Below, in pieces: positions 63,119 through 64,000 of a stretch of 64,000 nucleotides of DNA; the first letter of the stretch is position 1; each line of letters starts with the position of its first letter. The stretch comes from an uncultured Rhodospirillaceae bacterium (GTDB taxonomy: Bacteria; Pseudomonadota; Alphaproteobacteria; GCA-2731375): positions 1,391,533 through 1,455,532 of the forward strand of contig CAYFPL010000001.1 of assembly GCA_964344935.1 (NCBI GenBank), given 5' to 3'. Under the pieces are notes generated by a model that saw nothing but the letters and a program-made list of their open reading frames with translations, was not told where the DNA came from and ran no database searches. The position numbers and the translations under genes are program-made.

Positions 63119-64000
63119 TTAGGTTACCGCGGCCGCTGTGCGCTCGGGGTAGTTGCTGTCCAGGCGTTCCTGGAAGTAGTCGCCATAGCGGATCGGGGCG
63201 TGGCGGGGCGGATTGTCGGCATCGGAAAATCGGTTCAGGGTACAAATTTGGGCGTCCACGTCCGGATCAAAGAACATGGCGACGGAATAGCGGCTTTCGC
63301 CGTCGGGAGGGCTGTTGACCCGGTGCGGTGTGGAATTGAAGGCATCGTTGGTCCATCGCGCCAGGGCATCGCCGATGTTGACGATCAAGGTTCCGGGCAG
63401 GGGTGGTGCCAGCAGCCAGGTGCCGTCGGGGCGCTGGATTTCCAGGCCACCGGTCTGATCCTGGGCCAGGATGGTCATGAAACCATAATCGGTATGGGGG
63501 TGGATACCGAAGGCGTCGGCGTCGGAGTCCCGGCCCGGGTAATGGATCAAGCGCAGGGCCGTCGAAGGTGTTTGGAAATAGGCATCGAAAAAATCCGGCG
63601 CTTCACCGACAGCATAGGCGAAGGCAGGCAGCAGTTTTGTTGCCAGACCGCGGACGGCCGTGTCGTAGCGGCTGACCACATCGCGGAATTCCGGATCAGC
63701 CGGCCATTGGTTCGGGCCTTTGAGGGGCTCGCGCTTAAAGCCCGGATCATCCGCGGGGACCTCGTGACGCAGGAAAAACGATTCCAATTGGTTGGCCGCC
63801 GCCGCCGCGGCGAAACGGGCCGATGAAACCAGTTTCGAGGTGGCATAGCCCTGATAGCCCCGGTGCCAATGGTTTAGCTTGATGTTTTCCTTCTCCGCCA
63901 GCGGTAGGCTGTGAAACCGCCGATTGGCATCGAAAACGGCGGCCAGCAGATCCTCATCAAGGCCATGGTTGAGCAAATAAAAGAAGCCGCTGTCCAGGCA
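63119..64000 (-). CDS. isopenicillin-N-synthase-like 2OG-Fe(II) oxygenase (N-terminus beyond the right edge)
   Basis: The reading frame stays open to position 64000 (my translation ...CLDSGFFYLLNHGLDEDLL precedes the track Met). HxD...H triad context IHPHTDYGFMTIL ... STPHRV. Confidence 0.8.
   Translation of the reverse strand, partial: CLDSGFFYLLNHGLDEDLLAAVFDANRRFHSLPLAEKENIKLNHWHRGYQGYATSKLVSSARFAAAAAANQLESFFLRHEVPADDPGFKREPLKGPNQWPADPEFRDVVSRYDTAVRGLATKLLPAFAYAVGEAPDFFDAYFQTPSTALRLIHYPGRDSDADAFGIHPHTDYGFMTILAQDQTGGLEIQRPDGTWLLAPPLPGTLIVNIGDALARWTNDAFNSTPHRVNSPPDGESRYSVAMFFDPDVDAQICTLNRFSDADNPPRHAPIRYGDYFQERLDSNYPERTAAAVT

Overview
This is a 64-kb chromosomal segment from a visibly GC-rich alphaproteobacterium. 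The gene order looks Rhodospirillales-like (ppx-rlmE, tsaD<>hemC-hemD-mitofilin-hemY-like), but I cannot assign a species from sequence alone. I can support about 58 protein-coding genes, one tRNA-Gln(CUG), three intrinsic-terminator candidates and a few candidate regulatory sites. I found no rRNA, CRISPR array, IS element, integrase, reverse transcriptase, phage genes or obvious toxin-antitoxin or defence modules.

Housekeeping genes: soxB-soxD-soxA (soxA runs off the left edge), guaA, guaB, rsmB-like, rlmE, ppx/gppA, tsaD, hemC, hemD, an alphaproteobacterial Mic60 (mitofilin) homolog with its HemY-like partner, cysQ, ampG, and comM/yifB.

The rest is mostly CoA-dependent and redox catabolism:
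- 3 AMP-ligases, 2 acyl-CoA dehydrogenases, 2 crotonases, 4 classical SDRs and 2 extended-SDR/epimerase-type proteins
- 2 luciferase-like oxidoreductases and 2 CMD-family proteins
- an orphan CoxL-like molybdoenzyme subunit
- signalling proteins: REC-GGDEF-EAL, a degenerate TM-EAL protein and a hybrid histidine kinase

The best candidate for an undescribed system is the seven-gene plus-strand locus at 15238-22839, directly downstream of tRNA-Gln. It combines a stand-alone allophanate-hydrolase-C-like (GGCT-fold) protein, an isochorismatase-family cysteine hydrolase, an AzgA-type permease, DUF2877, FdrA, DUF1116 and carbamate kinase. I read it as a self-contained, probably ATP-yielding module for breaking down an unidentified ureido/carbamoyl compound. 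It lacks the allantoin genes that accompany its E. coli counterpart.

A second candidate is the tightly packed six-gene minus-strand operon at 50394-56762 (acyl-CoA synthetase, SDR, crotonase, LLM oxidoreductase, orphan SdhA-like flavoprotein, CMD protein).

All family assignments come from reading motifs in the supplied translations and from memory of those families. None was checked by a database search.
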